A stretch of 64,000 nt of DNA from Oceanispirochaeta sp. GTDB lineage: Bacteria > Spirochaetota > Spirochaetia > DSM-2461. Below, in pieces: positions 40,389 to 49,904 of this stretch; the first letter of the stretch is position 1, and each line of letters starts with the position of its first letter. Where the stretch lies: the NCBI GenBank assembly GCA_963663385.2, contig CAXXXD010000003.1, positions 864,001 to 928,000 on the forward strand, in the 5' to 3' direction. The translations under genes and the position numbers were made by a program. The notes beneath the pieces were generated by a model. It made no database searches. It was not told the origin of the DNA and saw only the letters and a program-made list of their open reading frames with translations.

Positions 40389-42200
40389 ATGAAATACGAT
40401 CAGGAAAAAATCCGCAATTTTTGCATAATCGCCCATATAGATCATGGTAAATCCACTCTGGCAGACCGGTTCCTGCAGAAGTCTCATACCGTATCGGACC
40501 GGGATTTTCAGGAGCAGATGCTTGACTCCATGGATATCGAAAGGGAGAGGGGCATTACAATAAAATCACAGGCCGTTACTATCGAGTATAAGGCGCAGGA
40601 TGGAGAAGTCTATCAGTTGAATCTGGTAGACACTCCGGGGCATGTAGATTTCTCCTACGAAGTATCCCGCGCTATTACTTCCTGCGAAGGCGCTCTGCTT
40701 CTGATCGATGCTTCACAGGGGGTGGAGGCTCAGACCCTGTCCAATATGTATATGGCTCTGGATCACGATCTGGATATCATTCCCGTAGTGAATAAGATGG
40801 ATCTCCCCAGCGCAGATCTTCCCCGGGTTACGGAGCAGATTGAACATGATCTCGGCCTGGAAGAAGAGATGATCTACCCTGTTTCAGCCAAAACAGGCAA
40901 GAATGTGGAAGAACTCATTGAAGGACTGATCAAATGGATTCCTTTTCCCAAGGGATCCGCAGAGGCTCCTCTGAAATGTCTGATTTTTGACTCACACTAC
41001 GATGCTTACAGGGGAGTAGTCATCCATGTGCGTCTTTTTGAAGGTTCCGTCAAGGCGGGAGATGAAATTCTCCTTATGTCCAATTCTATAAAATATAAAG
41101 TTGAGGATGTGGGAACCTTTAAACTGGGACTCAGAAAAGAAAAAGCCCTTTATGCCGGCCAGGTTGGTTATATCATTGCCGGAATTAAAACAATTTCAGA
41201 TGTTCGGGTCGGTGATACAATAACCCTTGCTTCCAATCCCTGCGTGGAACCTCTGGAAGGATTCCGGGAAGTCAAACCGGTTGTTTTTTCCTCAATTTAT
41301 CCAGTGGATACCAATCAGTATGAAGAACTCCATGCTTCCATTGATAAATTGAGACTCAACGATGCTTCTCTGATATACGAAAAGGATGCATCCGCGGCCC
41401 TGGGATTCGGTTTCCGTTGCGGTTTCCTTGGTCTCCTTCATCTTGAAGTGATTCAGGAGCGTCTTGAACGGGAATTCGGTTTGAATATTGTGCTGACGTC
41501 CCCCTCTGTCCGTTATCGTATCACCCCGCAGAAGGGAGCGCCCTATTATCTTGATAATCCTGCGGAATACCCCGATCCAGGCACAATTGAGATGGCTGAA
41601 GAGCCTTTTATCTCAGCCGCTATCATTACTCCAACCGATTACCTGGGGAGTATCATGACTCTCTGTATGAATAAACGGGGGATCCAGACGCATATGAACT
41701 ATCTGGACGAAAAACGTGTTGAGATAAAGTTTGATATGCCCCTGGCGGAAGTCCTCTTTGATTTTTATGATAAACTTAAATCCATCAGTCGGGGATATGC
41801 TTCCTTTGATTATGAATTAATCGGATTCAGGGAGACAAACCTGGTTAAACTGGAAATCCTGATTAATGGAGACAAGGTGGATGCCCTGGCTCAGCTGGTG
41901 CATAGGGACAATGCCTATGACCGTGGAAAGGGTGTCTGTAAGAAGCTAAAAGGTGAAATCCCCCGACAGCAGTTCAAGATTCCCATACAGGCTGCAATAG
42001 GGAATACCATTATTTCCCGTGAAACCATTAGTGCTCTTCGTAAGGATGTTACTTCCAAGTGTTATGGCGGAGATATCTCCCGAAAACGGAAACTGCTGGA
42101 AAAACAGAAGGAAGGTAAGAAGAGAATGAAAATGGTCGGTAATGTTGAACTGCCCCAGTCCGCTTTTCTTTCCGTTCTCAGGACGGACGATGAAAATTGA
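40389..42200 (+). CDS. lepA: Elongation factor 4 (start ATG 40389, apparently leaderless)
   Basis: IRNFCIIAHIDHGKSTLADR and KCYGGDISRKRKLLEKQKEGKKRMK; TTGAAA-17 bp-TATAGT-7 nt-ATG. Confidence 0.97.
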   Translation: MKYDQEKIRNFCIIAHIDHGKSTLADRFLQKSHTVSDRDFQEQMLDSMDIERERGITIKSQAVTIEYKAQDGEVYQLNLVDTPGHVDFSYEVSRAITSCEGALLLIDASQGVEAQTLSNMYMALDHDLDIIPVVNKMDLPSADLPRVTEQIEHDLGLEEEMIYPVSAKTGKNVEELIEGLIKWIPFPKGSAEAPLKCLIFDSHYDAYRGVVIHVRLFEGSVKAGDEILLMSNSIKYKVEDVGTFKLGLRKEKALYAGQVGYIIAGIKTISDVRVGDTITLASNPCVEPLEGFREVKPVVFSSIYPVDTNQYEELHASIDKLRLNDASLIYEKDASAALGFGFRCGFLGLLHLEVIQERLEREFGLNIVLTSPSVRYRITPQKGAPYYLDNPAEYPDPGTIEMAEEPFISAAIITPTDYLGSIMTLCMNKRGIQTHMNYLDEKRVEIKFDMPLAEVLFDFYDKLKSISRGYASFDYELIGFRETNLVKLEILINGDKVDALAQLVHRDNAYDRGKGVCKKLKGEIPRQQFKIPIQAAIGNTIISRETISALRKDVTSKCYGGDISRKRKLLEKQKEGKKRMKMVGNVELPQSAFLSVLRTDDEN

Positions 42201-43803
42201 TCAGAAGGTTTGAAATAAGCCTTCTGTAATACCTTGCAGACTGAACGGCTCTCACCAGAAAGGCGGGTGCCGTATTAGGTAGAATTCCCGTATCGGGGAA
42301 ATGAAAATAGATATAGTCGCACTCTTTTAACAGGGGGAGCAGGTTCTCCGGTTCTTCCTCGTTATTGTTGATACTGTTCCATAGAGCAATAAGTCTTTCG
42401 AGCCGGTTCAGTTCTTCCTTGAGGAAGTGGTGAATGCGGCTTCTTTTATCTGTTTGTTCTGATATATGAGAAGTCTTTTGTTCATCCCTGTTAAAGCTAT
42501 GCGCCAGTTCCAGAGCTTCCTGGTGGGAAGCCCGGGGGATATTCAGATCAAGACCTCTTTCCGCCAGATCAAATACAGAGCGTTCCATGAGATTGGCCAT
42601 ATCCTTCAACTGCTTACCGTATCCAGCCAGTACCGGATTGGTTATCAGATTCTGCGTATTGTTCTTGCCCGGTGTTCTGATACCGGGACGTGATGAAGTA
42701 AACGCATACCAGCGATCACCGCTTAAGCGATTCTCTTTTAATCTGGACCAGTCATGAAAAGGACTCTCCTTGGCATGGGACTTACCCGGCAGATAGCTGA
42801 AATCCAATCCGCTCATGAATATGGGACCATCAGTAATTTCTCCTGCAACGTATAGGGCTGTAACGCCTACAGATCCTAATGCAGGAATCTCCGGAGCCAG
42901 CAGTTCCGATTTCGTCAACCGATCCACTAGAGCACATGTTCCAAAGCGGGACGAGAAATAGTACCTGTCCCCTTTAAAACTTCTCAGCGAGGCCGGATAG
43001 GCTGTCATATCGGCAAACTGTCTTACTTCCTGTCCCGATAGGGAATAAAAATCTTTCAGATTGTGAAACTGTGCTTCCAGATTGACCACGCCGTCCGGAT
43101 AAATCCCGCTGCGTACAAGGGTTTGTATTGCCGTATCAACGGCCAGAATAAAGAAGTCATTCCTTGATTCATTTATCAGCTGAATTGTCTTTTCCAGAGA
43201 TTCCCCGGCCCCAGTCAGGATGACGGCTTTATTCGTTTTGAACTGGTTTATACCCCTTCCCTCCGAATCAGACAGATTGGTAAGGAGGTTCTTGATCCAC
43301 AGTTTACCAAGTTTTACGGATGTCAGTCTGTTACGCCAGTAATTCTGCAGGAAATGTTCCAGTGATGAAAAAAGGCTGTCGTATTTATTCTTATGAAGCT
43401 GGTATCCGCTGTTAAGAGGAAGAAGTCTGCAGGAGCGATAGGATCCGTCATTTATACTGTTGAATACTTTATAGAGACTGAGAGCATCATCCAGTCGGTA
43501 AATCTGGCAGCGTTTCTGATCCTGGAAACGATGGATGTAGGGTGCTGTGACCGCCATTATTTCCTGATTGATCTCAATACCGACCAGGATGGAATCCTCA
43601 GGCAGTATGTTCAGAATAGACAATAGTCCGTAACCGAGAAGAGGAGAGGGAATAAGGTATATTGTGCGGGATTTTAAAATTATACTTCCGGCCAATTTCT
43701 CCGCAGATCCAGAGGGATTGTACCGGGAGTAGAGAGTTTTGCCGCAATACTGAATATTCAGCTCCCCATTACGGGATGGTATCAGATCAATCTGATTTTC
43801 CAT
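42178..43803 (-). CDS. Maf/DUF115 (MptE-like) protein, putative flagellin glycosylation factor
   Basis: LYSRYNP N-terminus, GAGESL, AVDTA....PD, GSV..TA and GLDFSY..GKSHA. Confidence 0.75.
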   Translation of the reverse strand: MENQIDLIPSRNGELNIQYCGKTLYSRYNPSGSAEKLAGSIILKSRTIYLIPSPLLGYGLLSILNILPEDSILVGIEINQEIMAVTAPYIHRFQDQKRCQIYRLDDALSLYKVFNSINDGSYRSCRLLPLNSGYQLHKNKYDSLFSSLEHFLQNYWRNRLTSVKLGKLWIKNLLTNLSDSEGRGINQFKTNKAVILTGAGESLEKTIQLINESRNDFFILAVDTAIQTLVRSGIYPDGVVNLEAQFHNLKDFYSLSGQEVRQFADMTAYPASLRSFKGDRYYFSSRFGTCALVDRLTKSELLAPEIPALGSVGVTALYVAGEITDGPIFMSGLDFSYLPGKSHAKESPFHDWSRLKENRLSGDRWYAFTSSRPGIRTPGKNNTQNLITNPVLAGYGKQLKDMANLMERSVFDLAERGLDLNIPRASHQEALELAHSFNRDEQKTSHISEQTDKRSRIHHFLKEELNRLERLIALWNSINNNEEEPENLLPLLKECDYIYFHFPDTGILPNTAPAFLVRAVQSARYYRRLISNLLINFHRPS

Positions 43804-43822
43804 AAATATTGCGGCAATAGAA

Positions 43823-45361
43823 TCAGGACTCTTTGAAAATCCGATTGAATGTTTTGTTGAAATTATCTTTCAGCTTGTCAGAACCAAGGAATACGGACTG
43901 TATGGCCGATTCTTTATACTGATTCAGTTCGCTGCCAAGCTGGGATTTAATATAAGTCCTGTACTCTTCCGGGTACTCAAAACCATCCTGTTCGCCTATC
44001 AAAGAGAATAGAGCAACACTTCTGTCGAGGATTACAGGTTCAGATACATCGCCTTCTGATTTGAGAGCGAAAGCTTTCTTGAAGAAGTCATCACTGTATG
44101 CCGCTGCACTGAGCAGACTGTTACCGGTTTTATTACCGGCACTGTTGATAATAAAAGGGATATTGCCGTAGGCAGGAGCTATAAATCCGGTTTCTCCGGT
44201 CTCAATACCCTGTTCAGCGGCTGATGTGCTGAGGTTTGAAGACTGAGCAACAACAGCAAGCGCTTTTGCCTGACCTATCAGATAGTCTTCAATTAACCCG
44301 ACTTCCTCTCGTTCCATATAAGAGCGGATGCCCGAGAGCACATCGGCGTTTTCCGTATCTATTCCGATAGCATTCCCGGCTGATTGAAAGATGTAGAAAC
44401 CTGAATCCGTAGAAATAACTCCGCTTCTGGAACCATTGCTTAAGGCAAATACTTCATCTGCCTGTTCGCTGCTCAGGTAGGTGAGGAGGTTATAGTATGC
44501 CACCTCTCCCAGGGAACCGCCGTTTTCGGCATAAGAATCCTGAGACATATTTCTGGCAACTTCATCAAAACCTGAACCACTTTCCAGTTTATTAAGTATT
44601 TCAATAGCCTCTTTTTCTGAACCCTTAACAGTAATTCTGTTAAGATTCATTTTTGTAAAAAGTCTGGCATTTTCATTTCCGTAATCTGCCACTTTTTCTG
44701 CAGGGTAGGATGAATAGGGGTAAAGGGCGTAAGAAAAGTTTTTTTCAGGAGAACCCATGGAGAGAAGAAAATCAAGCTCCTTATCGGACCTTTTAAGATT
44801 GTATAGAGCATCTTCGTAATAAATCTGCACACGAAGGTCCTCTTCGATGGAGTCTCTGATTTCTTTCATACGTGAACCTGATGTATTCATATAGGCTTCT
44901 TCATCAAAGCTTCCGTTAGAGTTAAACATACCGCTTGTTACAATAGCACGGTCAATTCTCTTGGAGGATACACCGGCCCCGGCGCTGTCTATTTCTTCAA
45001 GCATAGCTGTTCTGACAACAGTCTGGTTGAATGCTGAACGCCATATAAGCTGTCTGAGGAAATCAACATTACTGTTGGTTCCAAGAGAATCCCTATACAT
45101 ACTATTGATGGATTCTACCTGTTGAGAAAAATAATTCCCTTGTGCAAAAGAAATTGGAGTTTTCCCGTATTTTCCGAAAACCAATGATCCCCTGCTGCTT
45201 CCAGAGCCTGACAGGGCGGGAACCAGTACAAAACTGATAACTGTTATTACCAGAATGATTATGGTTCCTGTCATTAGATTTTTTTGTTTTCTCTTGTGCT
45301 GATCTGCTTTCTTAAAGACTGATTCTCTGGAATCAGAAAGCTTTTTTTCTTTCTTAGACAT
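43823..45361 (-). CDS. SurA-N/PpiD-like membrane-anchored chaperone/PPIase
   Basis: N-terminal TM, F...G.FD...Y, parvulin-like FDEVAR.MSQD..A.NGG.LG. Confidence 0.75.
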   Translation of the reverse strand: MSKKEKKLSDSRESVFKKADQHKRKQKNLMTGTIIILVITVISFVLVPALSGSGSSRGSLVFGKYGKTPISFAQGNYFSQQVESINSMYRDSLGTNSNVDFLRQLIWRSAFNQTVVRTAMLEEIDSAGAGVSSKRIDRAIVTSGMFNSNGSFDEEAYMNTSGSRMKEIRDSIEEDLRVQIYYEDALYNLKRSDKELDFLLSMGSPEKNFSYALYPYSSYPAEKVADYGNENARLFTKMNLNRITVKGSEKEAIEILNKLESGSGFDEVARNMSQDSYAENGGSLGEVAYYNLLTYLSSEQADEVFALSNGSRSGVISTDSGFYIFQSAGNAIGIDTENADVLSGIRSYMEREEVGLIEDYLIGQAKALAVVAQSSNLSTSAAEQGIETGETGFIAPAYGNIPFIINSAGNKTGNSLLSAAAYSDDFFKKAFALKSEGDVSEPVILDRSVALFSLIGEQDGFEYPEEYRTYIKSQLGSELNQYKESAIQSVFLGSDKLKDNFNKTFNRIFKES

Positions 45362-45461
45362 GTGGAGTCCTTGGTAACGTAATTTATAATATAAGGCAAC
45401 GAAAAATTAGCACGAAAGGGTATACCTGTCAACTTGCGCAGAAAAAAGATTTACCTGGGTG

Positions 45462-45491
45462 TTGACACAATGCCCGCCCATTGGTTAAAGT
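45462..45491 (+). promoter_or_regulatory. sigma70 promoter of the tRNA-Asp/Pro operon
   Basis: TTGACA-18 bp-TAAAGT with GC-rich discriminator. Confidence 0.65.
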
Positions 45492-45503
45492 ACGCCCTTG
45501 TAC

Positions 45504-45577
45504 GGAGGCGTAGCGAAGTTGGTTATCGCGCCGGCCTGTCAAGCCGGAGATCGCGGGTTCGAGGCCCGTCGCTTCCG
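45504..45577 (+). tRNA. tRNA-Asp (GTC)
   Basis: Acceptor GGAGGCG/CGCTTCC plus G73; CCGGC-CTGTCAA-GCCGG; GGTTCGAGGCC. Confidence 0.95.
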
Positions 45578-45587
45578 CTCCGTTTTT

Positions 45588-45617
45588 ATCCGGCAGTCTG
45601 ATACCGGACTGCCGGAT
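45588..45617. other. Inter-tRNA hairpin
   Basis: ATCCGGCAGTC/GACTGCCGGAT inverted repeat. Confidence 0.7.
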
Positions 45618-45627
45618 TAATTTATAT

Positions 45628-45699
45628 CGGGCTGTAGCGCAGGGGGAGCGCGCGCCGTTCGGGACGGTGAGGTCGGAGGTTCAAATCCTCTCAGCCCGA
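45628..45699 (+). tRNA. tRNA-Pro (CGG)
   Basis: Acceptor CGGGCTG/CAGCCCG plus A73; CGCCG-TTCGGGA-CGGTG; GGTTCAAATCC. Confidence 0.92.
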
Positions 45700-46265
45700 C
45701 TTTTTTCCCATCTGAAAGTTTATCATATAAAGTTTCTTAGCTCATAGAAAGCTGTTGAGAGGATTTGAAGCGGAACCTCGGCGCGAATACTTGGAGCGCA
45801 AATCGACACGATGTCGATTTAGAGGTGAAGCCGGCCGGTAATGAGCAGGCAGGATGCCTGTGAATAGACGGCAGGTCCTCTCAGCCCGACTTTTTTCCCA
45901 TCTGAAAGTTTATCATATAAAGTTTCTTAGCTCATAGAAAGCTGTTGAGAGGATTTGAAGCGGAACCTCGGCGCGAATACTTGGAGCGCAAATCGACACG
46001 ATGTCGATTTAGAGGTGAAGCCGGCCGGTAATGAGCAGGCAGGATGCCTGTGAATAGACGGCAGGTCCTCTCAGCCCGACTTTTTTCCCATCTGAAAGTT
46101 TATCATATAAAGTTTCTTAGCTCATAGAAAGCTGTTGAGAGGATTTGAAGCGGAACCTCGGCGCGAATACTTGGAGCGCAAATCGACACGATGTCGATTT
46201 AGAGGTGAAGCCGGCCGGTAATGAGCAGGCAGGATGCCTTCGATTGAAGAGCAAACCTCTCAGCC
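45686..46265 (+). repeat. tRNA-linked tandem array: 3 x 190-bp units, each starting with the tRNA-Pro 3' end
   Basis: TCCTCTCAGCCCGAC at 45686, 45876 and 46066; units identical up to 46239; degenerate CCTCTCAGCC at 46256. Confidence 0.97.
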
Positions 46266-46446
46266 AGGGTACCGGGAATGGTTCAATCAGAAATGAGACA
46301 GACTGTTCCTGTCGAGTGCCAGTGATCTGATTATTGGAAAAGCACAGAGCAGGATTTAATGAAAAATAGATAAATGGCGGCAAAATAAAAAAACATGCAG
46401 GTATTTCCCGTTTCAGTTCCGCAATAAAAAAGCCGAAAAAATAACT

Positions 46447-47286
46447 ATGTTGAAAGCCAGGAAGCAACTCACAGTTATACTACTCATTTTTCTGATGGCG
46501 GCCCTGAATGCCCAGCCCTACTATCATACATTGAAGAAGGGAGAGACCCTCTACAGTTTATCCCGAACTTATGGAGTGAGTGTTCAGGAATTAATGAGTT
46601 CCAATGAAATTACCAGCCCGGAAAATCTGATTGAAGGCTTAAAATTACTGATCCCCACGGAAAAAACACCAGATAATCATGAAAATTCTATAGAAATTTC
46701 TGAAAATACGGAAAATGTAAATTATACTGTAAAAAAAGGTGATACTTTTTACCGCATTGCCAAACTGCATGGTATGTCTGTTAATGAGCTATTAATGCTG
46801 AACCATTTTTCCGGAAACAATGTCTTGAAGCCGGGAGATGTTCTTATTGTGAAAGGGACATCCGTTTCAGCAGAGCCAATCGAAAGACCGCCAGTAAGGG
46901 GAGAAGAAAGCGGAGTAGTGATTACGTCTTCCGCATCCGTTTCCTGGCCAGTTGAAGGGGTTAAGAAAACTCTTACCGGCAAGCTGAGGGGCATTACAAT
47001 TGAAGCGGCAGAAGCTGCGCTTGTTCAATCTGTTGCCTCTGGAAAAGTCGTATGGACCGGTCCTTACAGGGGGTTCGGTCAGGTTGTGCTGGTGGATGTG
47101 AACGGATATATCTATCTTTATGGCGGAAATGAGGATATTTTTGTCAATGTGGGTGAATATGTACCTGCGGGAGCCAGAATCGGTCGTTTAGGCAACTCCG
47201 GTTTAGCTTCCCGAACTGTAAATATGTACTTTTCCGTTTTTAAAGACGGTATCCCTGTGAGTGTCGTTTCGGCTCCCAGGGGATAA
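46447..47286 (+). CDS. 2x LysM + degenerate M23 protein (NlpD-like)
   Basis: Signal peptide, two KGETLY/KGDTFY LysM domains, WPVEG...GKVVW.G..RGFG; no Zn-binding HxxxD/HxH. Confidence 0.85.
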   Translation: MLKARKQLTVILLIFLMAALNAQPYYHTLKKGETLYSLSRTYGVSVQELMSSNEITSPENLIEGLKLLIPTEKTPDNHENSIEISENTENVNYTVKKGDTFYRIAKLHGMSVNELLMLNHFSGNNVLKPGDVLIVKGTSVSAEPIERPPVRGEESGVVITSSASVSWPVEGVKKTLTGKLRGITIEAAEAALVQSVASGKVVWTGPYRGFGQVVLVDVNGYIYLYGGNEDIFVNVGEYVPAGARIGRLGNSGLASRTVNMYFSVFKDGIPVSVVSAPRG

Positions 47287-47308
47287 TTTTAGGGAGCCCC
47301 GGTCCAGC

Positions 47309-48265
47309 ATGATGAAAAGCATTGATGATGATACTCGTGAAGTGAATAATGAAACAGATCCATTGGCTCTGTATTTGAAACAGATTTCCCGTTACAGTCT
47401 TCTTACAATCCATGAAGAACAGGATATTGGTATCCGTCTTGAGAAAATCGGTATCCAGATTGATGAACTGCAGAATGAGCTGGAAGAAAATAATCTGTCC
47501 CATGAGGATTTTAAAATACAGAAACAGCTGTTCGAAGAGCAATCCAAAAGTTTAAAGAACAGGATGATTCAGTCCAATCTGAGGCTTGTTGTTTCCATCG
47601 CCAAGAAATATCAGCATAGGGGGATGTCCCTGCTGGATCTGATTGATGAGGGAAATATCGGACTGATCGAAGCAGTCGACCGGTTTGATTATACAAAGGG
47701 TTGCCGTTTTTCCACTTATGGCACCTGGTGGATTCGTCAGGCGATTATTAAATCCCTTGCCGATAAATCCCGGATAATACGTATCCCCATTCATATGCTG
47801 AATACCATAAAGAAAAGTTATCTGGTGACAAAACAACTGACCCAGGAGCTTGGACGTGACCCTCTTCCTGAAGAGATGGCGGAGTACATGAACCTTCCTA
47901 TTGAAAAGGTTAAGGAGATTATGTCCCTTTCCCAGGAAACAGCTTCTCTTGATACAACAGTTGATCAGGATCATATGACAAGGCTCAGTGACCTGATCAA
48001 GGACGAGAACAACAAAGAACCTATAGAATCTGTTTTTAATCTGTCACTGCAGGATACGATCGATACAGTATTGAAACAGTTGAGTGAACGGGAAATGAAG
48101 ATTATACAGCTGCGTTTCGGTCTTAATGGCACAACTCCCTTAACACTTGAAGAGACGGGAAAGGTCCTGGGGATTACCAGAGAAAGGGTTCGTCAGATTC
48201 AGGAAATGGCTATTTCAAAGATGCGGAACTTCAAGATTATCAGGGATTTGGAAGATTACGTCTGA
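47309..48265 (+). CDS. Second RpoS/RpoD-like sigma70 factor lacking region 1.1
   Basis: DPLALYLKQI, NLRLVVSIAKKY, DLIDEGNIGL, FSTYGTWWIRQAI and TLEE.G..LGITRERVRQI. Confidence 0.9.
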   Translation: MMKSIDDDTREVNNETDPLALYLKQISRYSLLTIHEEQDIGIRLEKIGIQIDELQNELEENNLSHEDFKIQKQLFEEQSKSLKNRMIQSNLRLVVSIAKKYQHRGMSLLDLIDEGNIGLIEAVDRFDYTKGCRFSTYGTWWIRQAIIKSLADKSRIIRIPIHMLNTIKKSYLVTKQLTQELGRDPLPEEMAEYMNLPIEKVKEIMSLSQETASLDTTVDQDHMTRLSDLIKDENNKEPIESVFNLSLQDTIDTVLKQLSEREMKIIQLRFGLNGTTPLTLEETGKVLGITRERVRQIQEMAISKMRNFKIIRDLEDYV

Positions 48266-48313
48266 ATCTCACCGGAAATATGAATTTTCTTTTTTTATTT
48301 CCGATAATGAAGT

Positions 48314-48565
48314 ATGGATTCTATTGGGCCCCTTTTTTATGTGCAGTTAAAAGACGATTTTGATGAAAACTGCGAAGTAAGAGAAAAAACACCCCTTTTC
48401 CCTGGAATGGATGATCCCTATCTTGAGGCACGGGAACATGTCTCCATGGGGAAGGTTTACCCTGTGCTTCAGGTAAAGGGAGACCGCGACCTTGTCATTG
48501 TAGATGATAGAGGATTCCTTTATCAAACTCCGAGGGATCTATATAAATTTGCGGAATCGAATTAA
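48314..48565 (+). CDS. Small hypothetical protein
   Basis: 83-aa ORF filling the gap, with globular composition (GKVYPVL..IVDDRG). Confidence 0.6.
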   Translation: MDSIGPLFYVQLKDDFDENCEVREKTPLFPGMDDPYLEAREHVSMGKVYPVLQVKGDRDLVIVDDRGFLYQTPRDLYKFAESN

Positions 48566-48684
48566 TTAGAATGCGGATGATCTTCTGAATAATCAGAATT
48601 AATATTGCCGCCTCCTCATTTAGTTCTTAATCCTTATGTAACATGCGTTTGTGATGAAGGATCTTTGAATCACAGGAGTACAGA

Positions 48685-49836
48685 ATGCGAAAAGTGCAGA
48701 ATCAGAAAGATCTTAAAAAGAACAATCTTGCTATGATATTTGATTATCTCAAAAAACATGATGTTGTTGTCAAATCAAAATTAGCACGGGAATTAGGGTT
48801 GAGTGTCGTTACAATTACAAAGATCTGTGATGACTTGATTTCGGCCGGAATCATTGAATATACAGACGAGAGAGAGTCCACTGGAGGACGAAAGCCTTTA
48901 GGGTTGCAATTGATTCGGGATTCAAGGTTTATTATAGCAATTGATTTAAGTGAAAAGGATCATGCCTATATCGGGCTTATGAACCTGGGGTATGAGGAAA
49001 TTTCATCAGATATAATCGAAATCGATCCCCATTGGAGCATTGATGAGTTCTTTGATGTAATGAAACAGAGGTTCAACTTTATTATCGACGGAATACCGGA
49101 GGAGAAAATCATCGGAGTCTCAATCTCAATACCTGCCATTTTTAATCCTTACAGCGGCATTATTGAAGAATGCAACAATCCCGTATTTATAAACCAGAAT
49201 TTTAAAAAAAGGTTTGGTGAGATCTATTCCGGTAAGGTTATCGTTGATAATGATGCCAACTTGGCCGCTCTGGGTCATTTCTTTAAAAACAGAGTTGAGA
49301 ATCTTATCTATGTGCATTTCACGGATGGAATTGGACTCGGTCTTATTCTTAAAGGCGAGATATACAGGGGATATGCCGGATATGCCGGAGAACTTGCCTA
49401 TCTCGGAGTACCCGGATTCCACGGTGGAATATGTACTGTTGAACATGCTTTATCCGAGGATAATCTGATCAGCTGTCTGGAATCTTTGACAGGTGCAGCA
49501 GAAGGGGCACTCAGTATACAGGACTATAGACAGGAAATATTGAATGAAAGTGAAAATGCAGAATTAATAGTAGGGTATATAAAGCAGACCATAGGCAGGT
49601 TGACAGCTTTGCTTATAGATCTGTTTAATCCTGAACAGGTCATTTTCGGGGGGGGGAAATTTGATTCCTTCAAAAACTATCTTCCTGATATCATAAAGAT
49701 TTCCAAAGAGTATTCTATGACCTCAAAGCGCATTACTGTAGAAATAAAGGAAGCCTCCGATGATACGGTACTTGTTGCCAAAGGCTGTTGTGAGCGATTC
49801 TATCAGGAATGGATAAGATCATCATCCATAATTTAA
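48685..49836 (+). CDS. ROK-family transcriptional regulator
   Basis: N-terminal HTH (LARELGLS..TIT), STGGRKP, DNDANLAALG and GIG.G.I..G.IYRG..G.AGE. Confidence 0.88.
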   Translation: MRKVQNQKDLKKNNLAMIFDYLKKHDVVVKSKLARELGLSVVTITKICDDLISAGIIEYTDERESTGGRKPLGLQLIRDSRFIIAIDLSEKDHAYIGLMNLGYEEISSDIIEIDPHWSIDEFFDVMKQRFNFIIDGIPEEKIIGVSISIPAIFNPYSGIIEECNNPVFINQNFKKRFGEIYSGKVIVDNDANLAALGHFFKNRVENLIYVHFTDGIGLGLILKGEIYRGYAGYAGELAYLGVPGFHGGICTVEHALSEDNLISCLESLTGAAEGALSIQDYRQEILNESENAELIVGYIKQTIGRLTALLIDLFNPEQVIFGGGKFDSFKNYLPDIIKISKEYSMTSKRITVEIKEASDDTVLVAKGCCERFYQEWIRSSSII

Positions 49837-49904
49837 TAGAACGGGTGATAAAAGAGGCGGTCGTAGGCAGAATATGATGCGTGTTTATAGCGGCATCGGG
49901 TTAA

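Noticed and set aside
45686..45700. Prophage or genomic island attL at tRNA-Pro
   Set aside because: The tRNA 3'-end copies recur at 190-bp spacing with no integrase or cargo between them.
45686..46265. CRISPR array interpretation of the repeats
   Set aside because: The units are 190 bp and identical, with no unique spacers, and there are no cas genes in the window.
46117..46467. ORFs 46117..46467 (-) and 46145..46330 (+)
   Set aside because: They start or end within the repeat array, have no recognisable motifs, and are probably chance frames.
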